NCBI GenBank assembly: GCA_022648685.1 | Contig: JALCMW010000011.1 | Span: 6,401 to 70,400 of the forward strand | DNA from: Bacteroidales bacterium | Lineage (GTDB): Bacteria > Bacteroidota > Bacteroidia > Bacteroidales > UBA932 | DNA: 64,000 bases | Direction of reading: 5' to 3' | Shown here: piece by piece, positions 1 to 9,611 of the stretch | Position numbering within the stretch: the stretch's first letter is position 1 | How the letters are laid out: every line of letters starts with the position of its first letter | Translations under genes and position numbers: made by a program | The notes under the pieces: model-generated | What the model was told of the DNA's origin: nothing | Seen by the model: the letters and a program-made list of their open reading frames with translations, nothing else | Databases searched by the model: none

Positions 1-1070
1 TTCTTGTAATATGGACGGGCATACTTCAAATCCTGCCATTTTATCACTTTCCCATCCTGGGTAGTGACTGTATATGCAAACGTGGCATCTTTGCGCGGAC
101 CTGCCGGGAATTTATTGAAGAAAGTCAATTCCGAGAATACGACATCCCAGCCTCCGAGTTCTCCCGGATAAGCCCAGAACCCGTACATGGCATTTATATC
201 GTTGCCAGCACTCTTATTGCAAGGAATCATGAAAATATCTTCCTTGTTGTATCCGGTCTTTGTTTCATCGTTTTCATAAAGGACGTCATAGGAATCCTCG
301 AAATCGAAACCGTAAGTAATGCGATTTTTGATAACATCTCCGGCCATGGCAGCAGCCTTTGCATAATAGCCGCTCTTCTTGAGAGGAAATCCCGCCTCGG
401 CCAGATAGACCTCGGCCAGAAGCGCTTTTGCAGATCCTATATTCGGACGGCCCTCCTGACCGCTGCGACGTGAATTGGAAAGCATCTTTATAGCATCATC
501 CAAATCACTTTCAATAAGATCGTACACATCGGAAATACTTGCAGGATCAACGCTTACGTCATCAGTACTGAATACTGCCGTTTTTATCAAAGGAACTTTG
601 CCGTAACAGCGTACAAGCCAGAAATAGCTGAAAGCACGAATGAAATGTGCTTCCCCTGTGATTGCCTTTATATTGTCTGCATCGCCGGAACAACCGTCTG
701 CATGCTCGATTACATTGTTTGCTCCCTGTATGGCCTTATAACAACCCCAGTATACGGTAGGGGAACTTGAATTGGTGTCATGTACAAGATATCTGTCGAA
801 TTCCTGAGTATTACCCGTCCCCGGAGGGCAAGTAAGATCATCCCCGCCGAGAGTCATCTCGGTAGCCCAGCCATTGTTGAACCCGTAAGTCCAGCAATTA
901 GCCCAGCCGCGGTAAGCACCTACCAGGGCTGATTCGAGCCCCGTTTCCGTATCAAGCACATTATCGAATACTTTCCCGTTTGTAGATTCATCCAGAAAAC
1001 CGGAACAACCGCAAGAAAGAACCGCAGCCGATATTAATATCAAACCTGAAATCAATTTATTTTTTTTCAT
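1..1070 (-). CDS. RagB/SusD-family outer-membrane lipoprotein (C-terminal part lies beyond the left edge of the window)
   Basis: Not in the ORF track because it runs off the edge. Manual translation from CAT at 1068-1070 gives MKKNKLISGLILISAAVLSCGCSGFLDE..., a lipobox followed by SusD-type motifs (GEAHFIRAFSYFWLVRCYGKVPL; SAKALLAEVYL). It lies 15 nt downstream of a susC. Confidence 0.93.
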   Translation of the reverse strand, partial: MKKNKLISGLILISAAVLSCGCSGFLDESTNGKVFDNVLDTETGLESALVGAYRGWANCWTYGFNNGWATEMTLGGDDLTCPPGTGNTQEFDRYLVHDTNSSSPTVYWGCYKAIQGANNVIEHADGCSGDADNIKAITGEAHFIRAFSYFWLVRCYGKVPLIKTAVFSTDDVSVDPASISDVYDLIESDLDDAIKMLSNSRRSGQEGRPNIGSAKALLAEVYLAEAGFPLKKSGYYAKAAAMAGDVIKNRITYGFDFEDSYDVLYENDETKTGYNKEDIFMIPCNKSAGNDINAMYGFWAYPGELGGWDVVFSELTFFNKFPAGPRKDATFAYTVTTQDGKVIKWQDLKYARPYYK

Positions 1071-1085
1071 AATGGTATTCCTCCT

Positions 1086-4000
1086 TTAGAATGTGATATT
1101 TAGACCCAAAGTATAGGTACGGGCGTTCGGATAAGATCCGTAATCGATTCCCTGGCGGATATCGGAACCGCCGCCGCCGACATTGCTTGATTCAGGATCT
1201 ATTCCTTTGTAATTGGTGAATGTCAACAGATTTGTTGCGCTCAGAGTTGTTTTGAAATCACCCACATTGCGGACCTTGAAAGAATATGAAAGGCTCAGAT
1301 TCTTTAGACGCAGATAGCTTGCATCTTCCAGGAACAGAGTGGAAGCCGGAACCCAAAGGCTTGTCGGGCTCCATGAAGGCAGCCACGTGTTTTCATTTTC
1401 CCCGGCGACATAAACTTTCTTGGCTTCTTCCAATGTAGCCGCTTTCGCATCGCGGGATGCGCATAAAGCCATGCAGCGGGTATAATCAAACTTATGGATA
1501 CCGAATACACCCTGGAAAAAGGCATTGAGAGTAAAATTCTTATATGTCACGGTATTATTCCACCCGAGAGTCTGGGTAGGAATCGCCACTCCGACTATCT
1601 GATAGTCTGATCCGTCGATAGAATAATTATTGTCTTTGTCATAATAATGTGCATCTCCTGGCACGCAGCCGTATTTGGCAGCTTCGGCAGCTTCACTTTT
1701 CTTCCATGGCCCGAGATATTTGAGTCCCCACAGGGAACCGAGGGAATGTCCTACCTTGTAAACGAATTCGGGCTGTCCGTTCCACCCCGAAACATCGGCG
1801 TTATCAAAAATTTCGTTTTCGTCGCCCAGATCCGTAACCCTGTTTCTTACGAAAGAATAGTTGATGCTTGTATTCCAGTTCCAATCTTCATTGGAGATGA
1901 TATCTGCACTTACATTGACATCCACTCCTTTGTTTTCAAGTTTTCCTACGTTTGAAGTAATGCTTCCGCCTCCTATATAGTAAGGCACCGACTTGTTCAG
2001 AAGCAAATCTTTGGTATCTTTCTTATAGACGTCGATATCCACGTCCAGTCTGTCTTCGAACAGACCGAATTCCAGACCAAGATCCTTTTGAGTTGTGGTT
2101 TCCCATTTCAGATCAAGGTTTCCGGGATTATCCATCTGTATTCCGTTGGTACGTTCCCCGGTATCGAAGGCATAATATATTGAGGTGTTATACCCGGATA
2201 ATGTCGCATAAGGCGAGATCGCCTGGCTTCCGGTAACGCCCCAGCTTAATCTTAACTTGAGTTTGCTGAATAAGCCGAGATCCTTTATGAAATTTTCCTT
2301 GCCGGCATTCCATGCAATGGCAGCGGCAGGGAAAACACTATATCTGTTCCCTTTGGCGAATTTGGAAGAACCGTCGCGTCTAACCGAAGCCGTAAGCAGA
2401 TAACGGTCCTTGAACGAATAGTTCACACGTCCCAGATACGAAAGAAGCTGCCAGGCGGAATAATCGGTGCTTACGCTTGTCGATGTAGCCTGGGCGAGAT
2501 TGTCATATTTGAGTTCGGAAAATTTCAGTCCGGAAGCGGAACCATACAAATCGCTCCATTTGTATTGCTGGGTTTCGAATACGGCGGTAGCATTCAGGTG
2601 ATGATTACCGAAGCTCTTGTCATAAGTAAGCTGGCTGGTGGTCTGATACATATGCGACTGGCCGTCTTCTTTGCTGGCATTCGGATTGTTGCTTGATGCA
2701 TACTTGCCGCTCCAGGTTTTGTCGGTATTGAAAGTGACATCCCCGACAGCCTGGAAATCGGCTTTCAATCCGGGAATGACCTCATAGGTGATTCCTCCCA
2801 GCACATTGATATTTGTCTTTTCGTAAATATTTTCGGAATTGTAAATCAATGACAGGGGGTTTGTTTTTATTGAACCGACAGGATCCGATATCGTATAACC
2901 GCCGTTTTCATCATAGGGATTTGTCGTCGGCGCCCATGAAAGCATCTGCACAATGGGGTTTCCGGCACCAGTCCTGGCTTCATTGTTCTTCCCCTTTGAA
3001 GAAGCGCCGTTTACCAGGAACCGGAAAGACAGCTTATCGTTTATATTCGTATTGATATTAGCCCTGAATGAAAACCGGGTATAATCCGTATTGCGTACGA
3101 TTCCATTATCGTTCAAATAATTTCCTGATACTCTGAAACGTGTTTTGTTATTTCCTCCGCTCACACTTACCTGATGCTGGGTGGAAACCGATTGATGGAA
3201 AACTGCATCCTGGTAATCGAAGCCTCCGTTTTCGTAATACTTCTGTATCTCCGCATCCGTGAATGTAACAGAAGAAAGACCCATCGCTTCATCGTGCTTA
3301 TTGACATAAGTCGCGAAATCCCCTGCATTCATCAGATCGTATTTCTTAAGAATCGAAGAAACTGACACATTCCCGGAATAAGTTATATTGACTTTTCCAT
3401 CCGTATTTCCGCTTTTCGTGGTTACGATTATCACGCCGTTTGCACCACGTGATCCGTATATTGCGGTTGAAGAAGCATCTTTCAAGACCTCTATCGACTG
3501 TACATCATTAGGATTGATCAAAGAATAATCGCCTCCGACCAGACCGTCTATTACAAATAAAGGGCTATTGTCTCCCAGGATACTGTTGGAACCTCTGACA
3601 CGGATCCTGACATCTCCGCCGGGAGCCCCGACCGTGCTCGAAACCTGGACTCCGGCTGCACGACCCTGCAGGACCTGGTCGATTCCGGTTACGTTCTGAT
3701 CTTTGAACGCTTTGTCATTGACTTGCGACAAAGACCCGGTAAGATCACTCTTCCTTACGGTACCGTAACCTATCACCACAACCTCTTCCAGTGTTTTGGT
3801 GTCGTCAGCAAGAACAATATCGAATACAGTCTTGTCCCCTTGTACGGTTATGTCCTGAGGGATATAACCCAAACAAGAAATCGTGATGACATCTCCGGGA
3901 GAAACGGCAAGATTGAATTTACCTTCGGAATCGGTACTGGTGCCTCTTGCCTGTACTTTTATAACGACATCCGCACCGGCCACAGGATTTCCTGTCTTGT

Positions 4001-4352
4001 CCTTGACGGTCCCGCTGATGACAATCTGATTTTTTTGCACAGATGAAACGCTTGTACCGGAAGAGCTTTTCACGATGATGTAATTTTTGATTATTTCATA
4101 GGTAACATCCTGACCTTTGGTAATTTGATTGACTGCTTCGGTCAATTTGTCTGCATCGATACTGACTATTCTAGCAGTATTCAGGTCCTGGGATGCAAAC
4201 ACGAATAAATACCCGCTTTGTGATTCTAATTCGGTGATAGCTTGCCTTACTGTAACATTATTCATCTTTATAGAAAAATCACGGGCGAATAATGTTACGC
4301 TGAAAAAGACAAAAACACCGGCCACAATCATGGCCTTTCTAATATCATTCAT
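1086..4352 (-). CDS. SusC/RagA TonB-dependent transporter with N-terminal STN signalling extension
   Basis: LEEVVVIGYG, SIEVLKDASSTAIYGSRGANGVIIVTTK plug motif and C-terminal YPNARTYTLGLNITF. The extra N-terminal STN-like segment (VTVRQAITELESQSGYLFVF) fits the adjacent FecR/ECF pair. Confidence 0.96.
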   Translation of the reverse strand: MNDIRKAMIVAGVFVFFSVTLFARDFSIKMNNVTVRQAITELESQSGYLFVFASQDLNTARIVSIDADKLTEAVNQITKGQDVTYEIIKNYIIVKSSSGTSVSSVQKNQIVISGTVKDKTGNPVAGADVVIKVQARGTSTDSEGKFNLAVSPGDVITISCLGYIPQDITVQGDKTVFDIVLADDTKTLEEVVVIGYGTVRKSDLTGSLSQVNDKAFKDQNVTGIDQVLQGRAAGVQVSSTVGAPGGDVRIRVRGSNSILGDNSPLFVIDGLVGGDYSLINPNDVQSIEVLKDASSTAIYGSRGANGVIIVTTKSGNTDGKVNITYSGNVSVSSILKKYDLMNAGDFATYVNKHDEAMGLSSVTFTDAEIQKYYENGGFDYQDAVFHQSVSTQHQVSVSGGNNKTRFRVSGNYLNDNGIVRNTDYTRFSFRANINTNINDKLSFRFLVNGASSKGKNNEARTGAGNPIVQMLSWAPTTNPYDENGGYTISDPVGSIKTNPLSLIYNSENIYEKTNINVLGGITYEVIPGLKADFQAVGDVTFNTDKTWSGKYASSNNPNASKEDGQSHMYQTTSQLTYDKSFGNHHLNATAVFETQQYKWSDLYGSASGLKFSELKYDNLAQATSTSVSTDYSAWQLLSYLGRVNYSFKDRYLLTASVRRDGSSKFAKGNRYSVFPAAAIAWNAGKENFIKDLGLFSKLKLRLSWGVTGSQAISPYATLSGYNTSIYYAFDTGERTNGIQMDNPGNLDLKWETTTQKDLGLEFGLFEDRLDVDIDVYKKDTKDLLLNKSVPYYIGGGSITSNVGKLENKGVDVNVSADIISNEDWNWNTSINYSFVRNRVTDLGDENEIFDNADVSGWNGQPEFVYKVGHSLGSLWGLKYLGPWKKSEAAEAAKYGCVPGDAHYYDKDNNYSIDGSDYQIVGVAIPTQTLGWNNTVTYKNFTLNAFFQGVFGIHKFDYTRCMALCASRDAKAATLEEAKKVYVAGENENTWLPSWSPTSLWVPASTLFLEDASYLRLKNLSLSYSFKVRNVGDFKTTLSATNLLTFTNYKGIDPESSNVGGGGSDIRQGIDYGSYPNARTYTLGLNITF

Positions 4353-4455
4353 TTTATGAAAATAATTAGACTAAGATTGAATTTGGTTATTAGAAAGAAA
4401 ATCCCAATATTTGGAAATTCTTTCAAGATTAATGCGAATTAAATTGACAAGAGTC

Positions 4456-4492
4456 TAAGTCAGGAGATCTCGCACATCTTCTGACTTATTTT
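4456..4492 (+). terminator. Candidate intrinsic terminator oriented antisense to the fecR-susC operon
   Basis: 13-bp stem TAAGTCAGGAGAT (4456-4468) / ATCTTCTGACTTA (4476-4488), with one G-U pair on the + strand and a 7-nt loop, followed by TTTT on the + strand. No U-tract follows it on the - strand. Confidence 0.45.
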
Positions 4493-4569
4493 CAACTGTC
4501 AATAAGGTTGATCTTTTTTATTTCTCATTTTTATTTGTTTTAGTGTTGAAAATAATACTGCCGTTAGTG

Positions 4570-5598
4570 TCATTCCGACGCCCGGCCTTTATATATGGTT
4601 ACTTTTTGTCCGATCCGGCGAAAAGACATCCGCCCTGTAGATGACAGGGCCTTCAAAACATCATCGGCCGTTTGGTTATCGCTAGAGAACTTTCCGTAAA
4701 AACGCTCGTTTTTCAATGTGCTGTCGGAGAACATTATGCAGATTCCGTAATTCCTTTCAAGTTCTTTTGCTATTTCATCCAATCTGGCTTCATCAAAAAC
4801 GAGGCATCCGCAGGTCCATTTATCGGGATTTCCGCTTACATGCGACTTTATTTCCATAATGCCGCTGTGTTTGTCAAGAACAGCTCTGTCATAAGGTTCC
4901 AGAACATTCTCTTTTCCGCATTTAATGAGATTGTTCAACGATATCTTCCCTTCTATCAGAGTTACGGTTGCTTCAGTATCGTCATAATAATCCTTTATAT
5001 CGAACTTGGTTCCCAGATCGTTTACACGCAAACCGTCGGTGATTACAGAGAAAGCAAGTCCGGGATTATGCCGGACCTCGAAATAGCCCTCTCCATCAAG
5101 GCGGATGCGTCTGTCGCTTATTCCGAAACCTTGTGAATAAGATAATTTCGAGCCAGCGTTCAGCCAAACTACGGAACTGTCAGGAAGATTGACTTTCGTC
5201 CTTGAACCGGAAGGAGCCTCGATGGTAATCTCGGCAAAATCCTTTTTGATATCCTTTCCTCCTTTAAAATATGAGACCAACGAAAAAAGGCAAACCAAAG
5301 CGGCGGCGGCAGCATATCTAAGAACGGTATATACTACGGATTTCCTTTCCGCCGATTTCACGGTCGTAGGAATCCTTTGTCTGAATCTTTCATATGCCTG
5401 TTCGTAATTGTATCCTGACTCCGTTCCCGAACTCATGCATGAAAACCAGATCTCTCGTCTGCGCAAAAAATAATTACGGTTTTCCCGGGAAGCGCTTATG
5501 AAGGCCTTCAGAACATTCAAATCATCAGCTGAGATACAACCGGTCAGATAATCGGCTATCAACTCATCCATATCTCTTGTGTCGTCAATCGTACTCAT
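4570..5598 (-). CDS. FecR-family anti-sigma factor (FecR domain plus C-terminal DUF4974-like domain)
   Basis: One TM helix (YAAAAALVCLFSLVSY); GSRTKVNLPDSSVVWLNAGSKL; LDGEGYFEVRHN; LGTKFDIKDY; LVFDEARLDEIAKELERNY. Sits between an ECF sigma and a susC. Confidence 0.95.
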   Translation of the reverse strand: MSTIDDTRDMDELIADYLTGCISADDLNVLKAFISASRENRNYFLRRREIWFSCMSSGTESGYNYEQAYERFRQRIPTTVKSAERKSVVYTVLRYAAAAALVCLFSLVSYFKGGKDIKKDFAEITIEAPSGSRTKVNLPDSSVVWLNAGSKLSYSQGFGISDRRIRLDGEGYFEVRHNPGLAFSVITDGLRVNDLGTKFDIKDYYDDTEATVTLIEGKISLNNLIKCGKENVLEPYDRAVLDKHSGIMEIKSHVSGNPDKWTCGCLVFDEARLDEIAKELERNYGICIMFSDSTLKNERFYGKFSSDNQTADDVLKALSSTGRMSFRRIGQKVTIYKGRASE

Positions 5599-5616
5599 TG
5601 ATCAGTCATTCGATAT

Positions 5617-5644
5617 AAAGACAGCCGTTTCCGATGGAAGGGTA
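5617..5644 (-). promoter_or_regulatory. Putative ECF-sigma-dependent promoter upstream of fecR
   Basis: The - strand reads TACCC-N16-TGTCTTT about 20-45 nt upstream of the fecR start. This resembles the CCC...GTC pattern I recall in front of Bacteroidetes anti-sigma genes; inference only. Confidence 0.35.
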
Positions 5645-5662
5645 GTGGAAAAAACATTTTTT

Positions 5663-6226
5663 TCAAACAAAATATTTGTCAAGGTATCCGGAAAGCAAAG
5701 AAAGTGCTTTTTTTATATGGTATTTAACTGTGTTCACAGAGATATCGAGTTCTGCAGCTATTTCTTTATATTGCTTGTTTTCACAGCGGCTTTTGACAAA
5801 AACCCTGCGGCTTTCTTCCGGCAAAGAATCAACAGCCTGCTTTATTTCCTGTTCCAGTTCCCGTTCAAGCAATTTTCCTACGGGGAGTTCGCCGGAAAAG
5901 AGATTCCCGTCGTCTTTGTCGTCGCAACAGTGAAGATCCAGGCTGCATTCTTTCTTTAATTGCGTTTGCTTCAGATAATTGATGCAGCGATTACGCACGG
6001 CCCGCATAAGGTATGATCTCAAAGAAACTTTTATATCCAGCGTTTTTCTTATTTCCCAGATATGGAAAATAACATCACCAGCTATGGCTTCAGCCTGGAA
6101 AGAATCGGACAAATATCCGTCAGCATATTGACAAAGCACGGCATAATGATCGGCGAACAATTCCCTGTAAGCCTTTTCATCCCCCTTTTTCAGCCTTCTG
6201 ATGAATCTTTGCTCATTATCATCCAT
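5663..6226 (-). CDS. RNA polymerase ECF sigma-70 factor, Bacteroides expansion family
   Basis: QAEAIAGDVIFHIWE, SLRSYLMRAVRNRCINYLK (region 2); SLPEESRRVFVKSR...YKEIAAELDISVNTVKYHIKKAL (region 4). Confidence 0.96.
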   Translation of the reverse strand: MDDNEQRFIRRLKKGDEKAYRELFADHYAVLCQYADGYLSDSFQAEAIAGDVIFHIWEIRKTLDIKVSLRSYLMRAVRNRCINYLKQTQLKKECSLDLHCCDDKDDGNLFSGELPVGKLLERELEQEIKQAVDSLPEESRRVFVKSRCENKQYKEIAAELDISVNTVKYHIKKALSLLSGYLDKYFV

Positions 6227-6460
6227 AACGGACTTAATTGGTTATCATTTTTCAAAAATAACAATTATTTCCATAATAAATCAACATGGGCTGCCAAGAG
6301 CCATATTTACAAAAAGGGCCGGAATTCCTATAATGATTTCACCAAAAATATAGTCAAATTACCACAGCAGCAACAGACATGCGACAAAGCCGAAAAGTTC
6401 GCCACTATTTTTTCTTCCGTTTGAAAATGAACTGTATTTTCGTCGAAAATTCAATTTCAA

Positions 6461-7369
6461 ATGATACGGAATTTCAAAGAACTTTATGACGAGCTCAAAG
6501 GCAAGAACATCAGAAAAAGGATGATCGCCGCATGGGCTGTCGATGAACATACCGTAGAAGCGGCTGCAATGGCCGCTGAAATGGGTTTTGTCGATCCACT
6601 GTTGATAGGAGACAGGAATTCGATAGAAAAGATATGTGCATGTAATAATATAGACACCGGAAAATTCGAAATAATCGATGAACCTTCCGAAAGCGGATCC
6701 ATAGAAAAAGCAGTGGGAATGGTTCACGACGGGAAAGGCGACTTTCTGATGAAAGGGCTGTGCAGCACAGACAAATTCCTTCATGCCGTTCTGGACAAGG
6801 AAAAAGGGCTGCTGCTCCCTAAATCCCTGCTGCTCCATGTAGGAGTCATGGAAACGCCGAAATACGGCAAACTCCTGTTCATGGGGGATATGGCGGTCAT
6901 CCCTTTGCCGGATTTAAAGCAAAAACAGATAATTACCGGATATGTGGTGAAAGTGGCACGTTCTTTCGGAATACAAGTTCCTAAAGTCGCTTTCATCGCC
7001 GCAACGGAACAAGTCCTTCCTTCGATGCCGGCCAGCATGGAAGGTGCGGCACTAGCCAAAATGGCTGAAAGAGGTCAGATCGGGAATTGCATAGCCGACG
7101 GGCCTCTTGCCCTTGATGTAGCCCTCAACAAGGAATCAGCGAGAATCAAGCATTTGGAAAGTCCGGTAGCCGGAGAAGCGGACTGCCTGATATTCCCCAA
7201 TATAGAATCTTCCAACGTGTTCTGGAAAACGAATTCCAAACTGGCCGACGGTGTAAAACTTGCCGGAATGCTCGTAGGAACAAAAGTTCCCTGTGTACTG
7301 GCAAGCCGAGCCGACAGCTTCGAGACCAAGCTGAATTCAATCGCGGAAGCGGTAATGTTTATAAAATAA
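6461..7369 (+). CDS. ptb: Phosphate butyryl/acyltransferase (PTA/PTB family)
   Basis: GDFLMKG, ADGPLALDVA, VAGEADCLIFPNIESSNVFWK and VPCVLASRADS motifs; abuts a butyrate kinase gene. Confidence 0.9.
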   Translation: MIRNFKELYDELKGKNIRKRMIAAWAVDEHTVEAAAMAAEMGFVDPLLIGDRNSIEKICACNNIDTGKFEIIDEPSESGSIEKAVGMVHDGKGDFLMKGLCSTDKFLHAVLDKEKGLLLPKSLLLHVGVMETPKYGKLLFMGDMAVIPLPDLKQKQIITGYVVKVARSFGIQVPKVAFIAATEQVLPSMPASMEGAALAKMAERGQIGNCIADGPLALDVALNKESARIKHLESPVAGEADCLIFPNIESSNVFWKTNSKLADGVKLAGMLVGTKVPCVLASRADSFETKLNSIAEAVMFIK

Positions 7370-8566
7370 ATGTATTATAAATATCATACAGAAATGCAGA
7401 ATAGTAACATCGTAAATACGGGGAATGAAAAGGGAAGGATTCTTGCCATAGACACGGGATCCACATCCACTAAACTCGGATATTATGTGGACGGGAAAGC
7501 TATTTTCGACACAAAACTGGTACATACGGCCGAAGAAACAGGTAAATACCGGAAAGTCATGGATCAGGACAAAATGAGAAGGGATGCCATAACCGATCTT
7601 CTTGGCAAAGAAGGAATACACCTTGATGATATCGATATAGTCATGGCAAGAGGAGGACTGTTTGCGCCTGTCATAACTGGGATATACAAAGTGAACAGAG
7701 ACATGAGAGATGTCCTGCTCACATGCAGGGACGGGATACATGCATGCAACTTAAGTGCTGTGATAGGAGATGATATCGCCGAACAGGTAAACGAATACAG
7801 GAAAGATAACAATCTCGAAGCGCCATTCGGATCCTGTGCGGCTTATATAGCGGATCCTCCCATGGCAGACGAGATGCTTCCCGAATGCCGCGTGGGAGGA
7901 ATCCCTGAATTTCCACGAAGAGCATTTTTCCATGCCCTCAATTCCAGAGCCACAGTCAAACGTTATCTTAGGGACAACGGGCACAAGACTAATGACATAA
8001 CCGCAATAGTAGCACATATGGGAGGAGGAATAACGGTAACACTGCATCGTAACGGAAGGGTGATAGATACAAACAACGGACTTGGAGGCGACGGGCCTTT
8101 CACGCCTGAAAGGGCCGGATCGTGTCCGGCATTTGCACTGGTGGAAATGTGTTTCAGCGGAAAATATACCGAAACGGAAGTCAAGAAGAAACTATTGGGG
8201 AAAGGCGGGGCCGTAGCTTATTTCGGGACAAACGACTTGGGGGAATTACTGGAAAGGGCACATGAAGGCGACAAAAAATGCGAAACTTTCATGAATGCTT
8301 TTAGTCTGAACATAGCGAAATATATATCTTCCGAAGCAGTGACAGTCAATGGAAAAGTTGACGTAATCCTGCTTACCGGAGGAGCGGCATACAGCAAGGA
8401 AATAACCGATGCCATTTCAAGAAGGGTGAATTTCATAGCACCGGTAGCGATATACGCAGGGGAAAACGAACTTAATTCATTGGCCGAAAACGGCTATACC
8501 GTTCTGAATCATACAGCTAAAATACACAGGTACGACAAGAACGCGATTGTAAACGACGAATATTAA
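7370..8566 (+). CDS. buk: Butyrate / branched-chain carboxylate kinase (acetokinase family), divergent
   Basis: ILAIDTGSTSTKLG, MARGGL, HALNSRA, VAHMGGGITV, GGDGPFTPERAG and ILLTGG motifs. The real start may be the later ATG (MQNSNIV). Confidence 0.9.
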   Translation: MYYKYHTEMQNSNIVNTGNEKGRILAIDTGSTSTKLGYYVDGKAIFDTKLVHTAEETGKYRKVMDQDKMRRDAITDLLGKEGIHLDDIDIVMARGGLFAPVITGIYKVNRDMRDVLLTCRDGIHACNLSAVIGDDIAEQVNEYRKDNNLEAPFGSCAAYIADPPMADEMLPECRVGGIPEFPRRAFFHALNSRATVKRYLRDNGHKTNDITAIVAHMGGGITVTLHRNGRVIDTNNGLGGDGPFTPERAGSCPAFALVEMCFSGKYTETEVKKKLLGKGGAVAYFGTNDLGELLERAHEGDKKCETFMNAFSLNIAKYISSEAVTVNGKVDVILLTGGAAYSKEITDAISRRVNFIAPVAIYAGENELNSLAENGYTVLNHTAKIHRYDKNAIVNDEY

Positions 8567-8574
8567 TCATACAA

Positions 8575-9600
8575 ATGACTTCTCACATATTAAAATATAA
8601 AGGCCGGTTCTCTTTTGAGGCCGGAGGTTATGTCGACGGCCTTGAGGTTGCCTACCATACTTCACCGGAACCATACATAGCCGGAGACAAACGCAAGGTA
8701 ATATGGCTTTGCCATGCACTGACCGCAAGTTCCGACGCCGAAGGACAATGGTGGCCCAAATTAGTCGGTCCGGGGAAACTTATAGACACTGACAAATATT
8801 TCGTAATATGCGGAAACATGCTGGGTTCAGCCTACGGATCATCAGGACCCTCAAGTTTAAACCCCGCTACGGGAAAACCTTATTTTTTCGATTTTCCGAA
8901 AGTCACGGTCAGAGACATAGTCAATGCCTTGGATTTGGTAAGAAAATCGCTGGGTATAAGTAAAATAGATTTTCTCATAGGGACATCAATCGGCGGATTC
9001 CAGGCTTTGGAATGGTGCGTCAAAAATCCGGAACTGATGGAAAGAGCTGCTTTCATAGCTACCGGGGCAAGGGTAACACCGTGGATAACCGGATTCGAAG
9101 AATCCCAGAGACTGGCTCTTGAAGCGGACCCGACATTCCGTGAATGCAAAGATCTCAACGGAGGTAAAGAAGCTCTTAAATGCGCCAGGATAATAGCGAT
9201 GCTGTCTTACCGCTGCGAAAAAGGATACAACATCAAGCAAAAAGAGAAAGGCGATGACACTATGTTCGCAGACAGGGCCGCTTCCTACGTGCGTTATCAG
9301 GGAAATAAGTTCGTAACAGATTTCGACGCCTATTCATATTACTATCTTTCATATTCCGTAGACAGCAACAATCTCGGACGTGGAAGAGGAGGAGTAAAAG
9401 AAGCCTTGAAAATGATAAAAGCGGAAAGTACCGTAGCTGCCATAGACAGCGACCTGCTTTTCCCGCCTGCGGAAATGAAAAGCCTCGCCGAAGGAATAAA
9501 CGGCGCGGCTTTTCATATAATACATTCGAATTTCGGACATGACGGATTCATGGTCGAGACACAGCAGCTTTCCGAATTGCTGCAACCTCTCATGCCATAA
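8575..9600 (+). CDS. metX: Homoserine O-acyltransferase (MetX family, alpha/beta hydrolase)
   Basis: WLCHALTASS, nucleophile elbow GTSIGGFQALEW, IDSDLLFP and FGHDGF catalytic Asp/His motifs. Confidence 0.9.
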   Translation: MTSHILKYKGRFSFEAGGYVDGLEVAYHTSPEPYIAGDKRKVIWLCHALTASSDAEGQWWPKLVGPGKLIDTDKYFVICGNMLGSAYGSSGPSSLNPATGKPYFFDFPKVTVRDIVNALDLVRKSLGISKIDFLIGTSIGGFQALEWCVKNPELMERAAFIATGARVTPWITGFEESQRLALEADPTFRECKDLNGGKEALKCARIIAMLSYRCEKGYNIKQKEKGDDTMFADRAASYVRYQGNKFVTDFDAYSYYYLSYSVDSNNLGRGRGGVKEALKMIKAESTVAAIDSDLLFPPAEMKSLAEGINGAAFHIIHSNFGHDGFMVETQQLSELLQPLMP

Positions 9601-9611
9601 TACCCCCTCAT

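Noticed and set aside
4353-6460. Invertible promoter or shufflon at the ECF-linked susC
   Set aside because: No long inverted repeats flank a promoter and there is no recombinase gene; the only IR is a short-loop hairpin.
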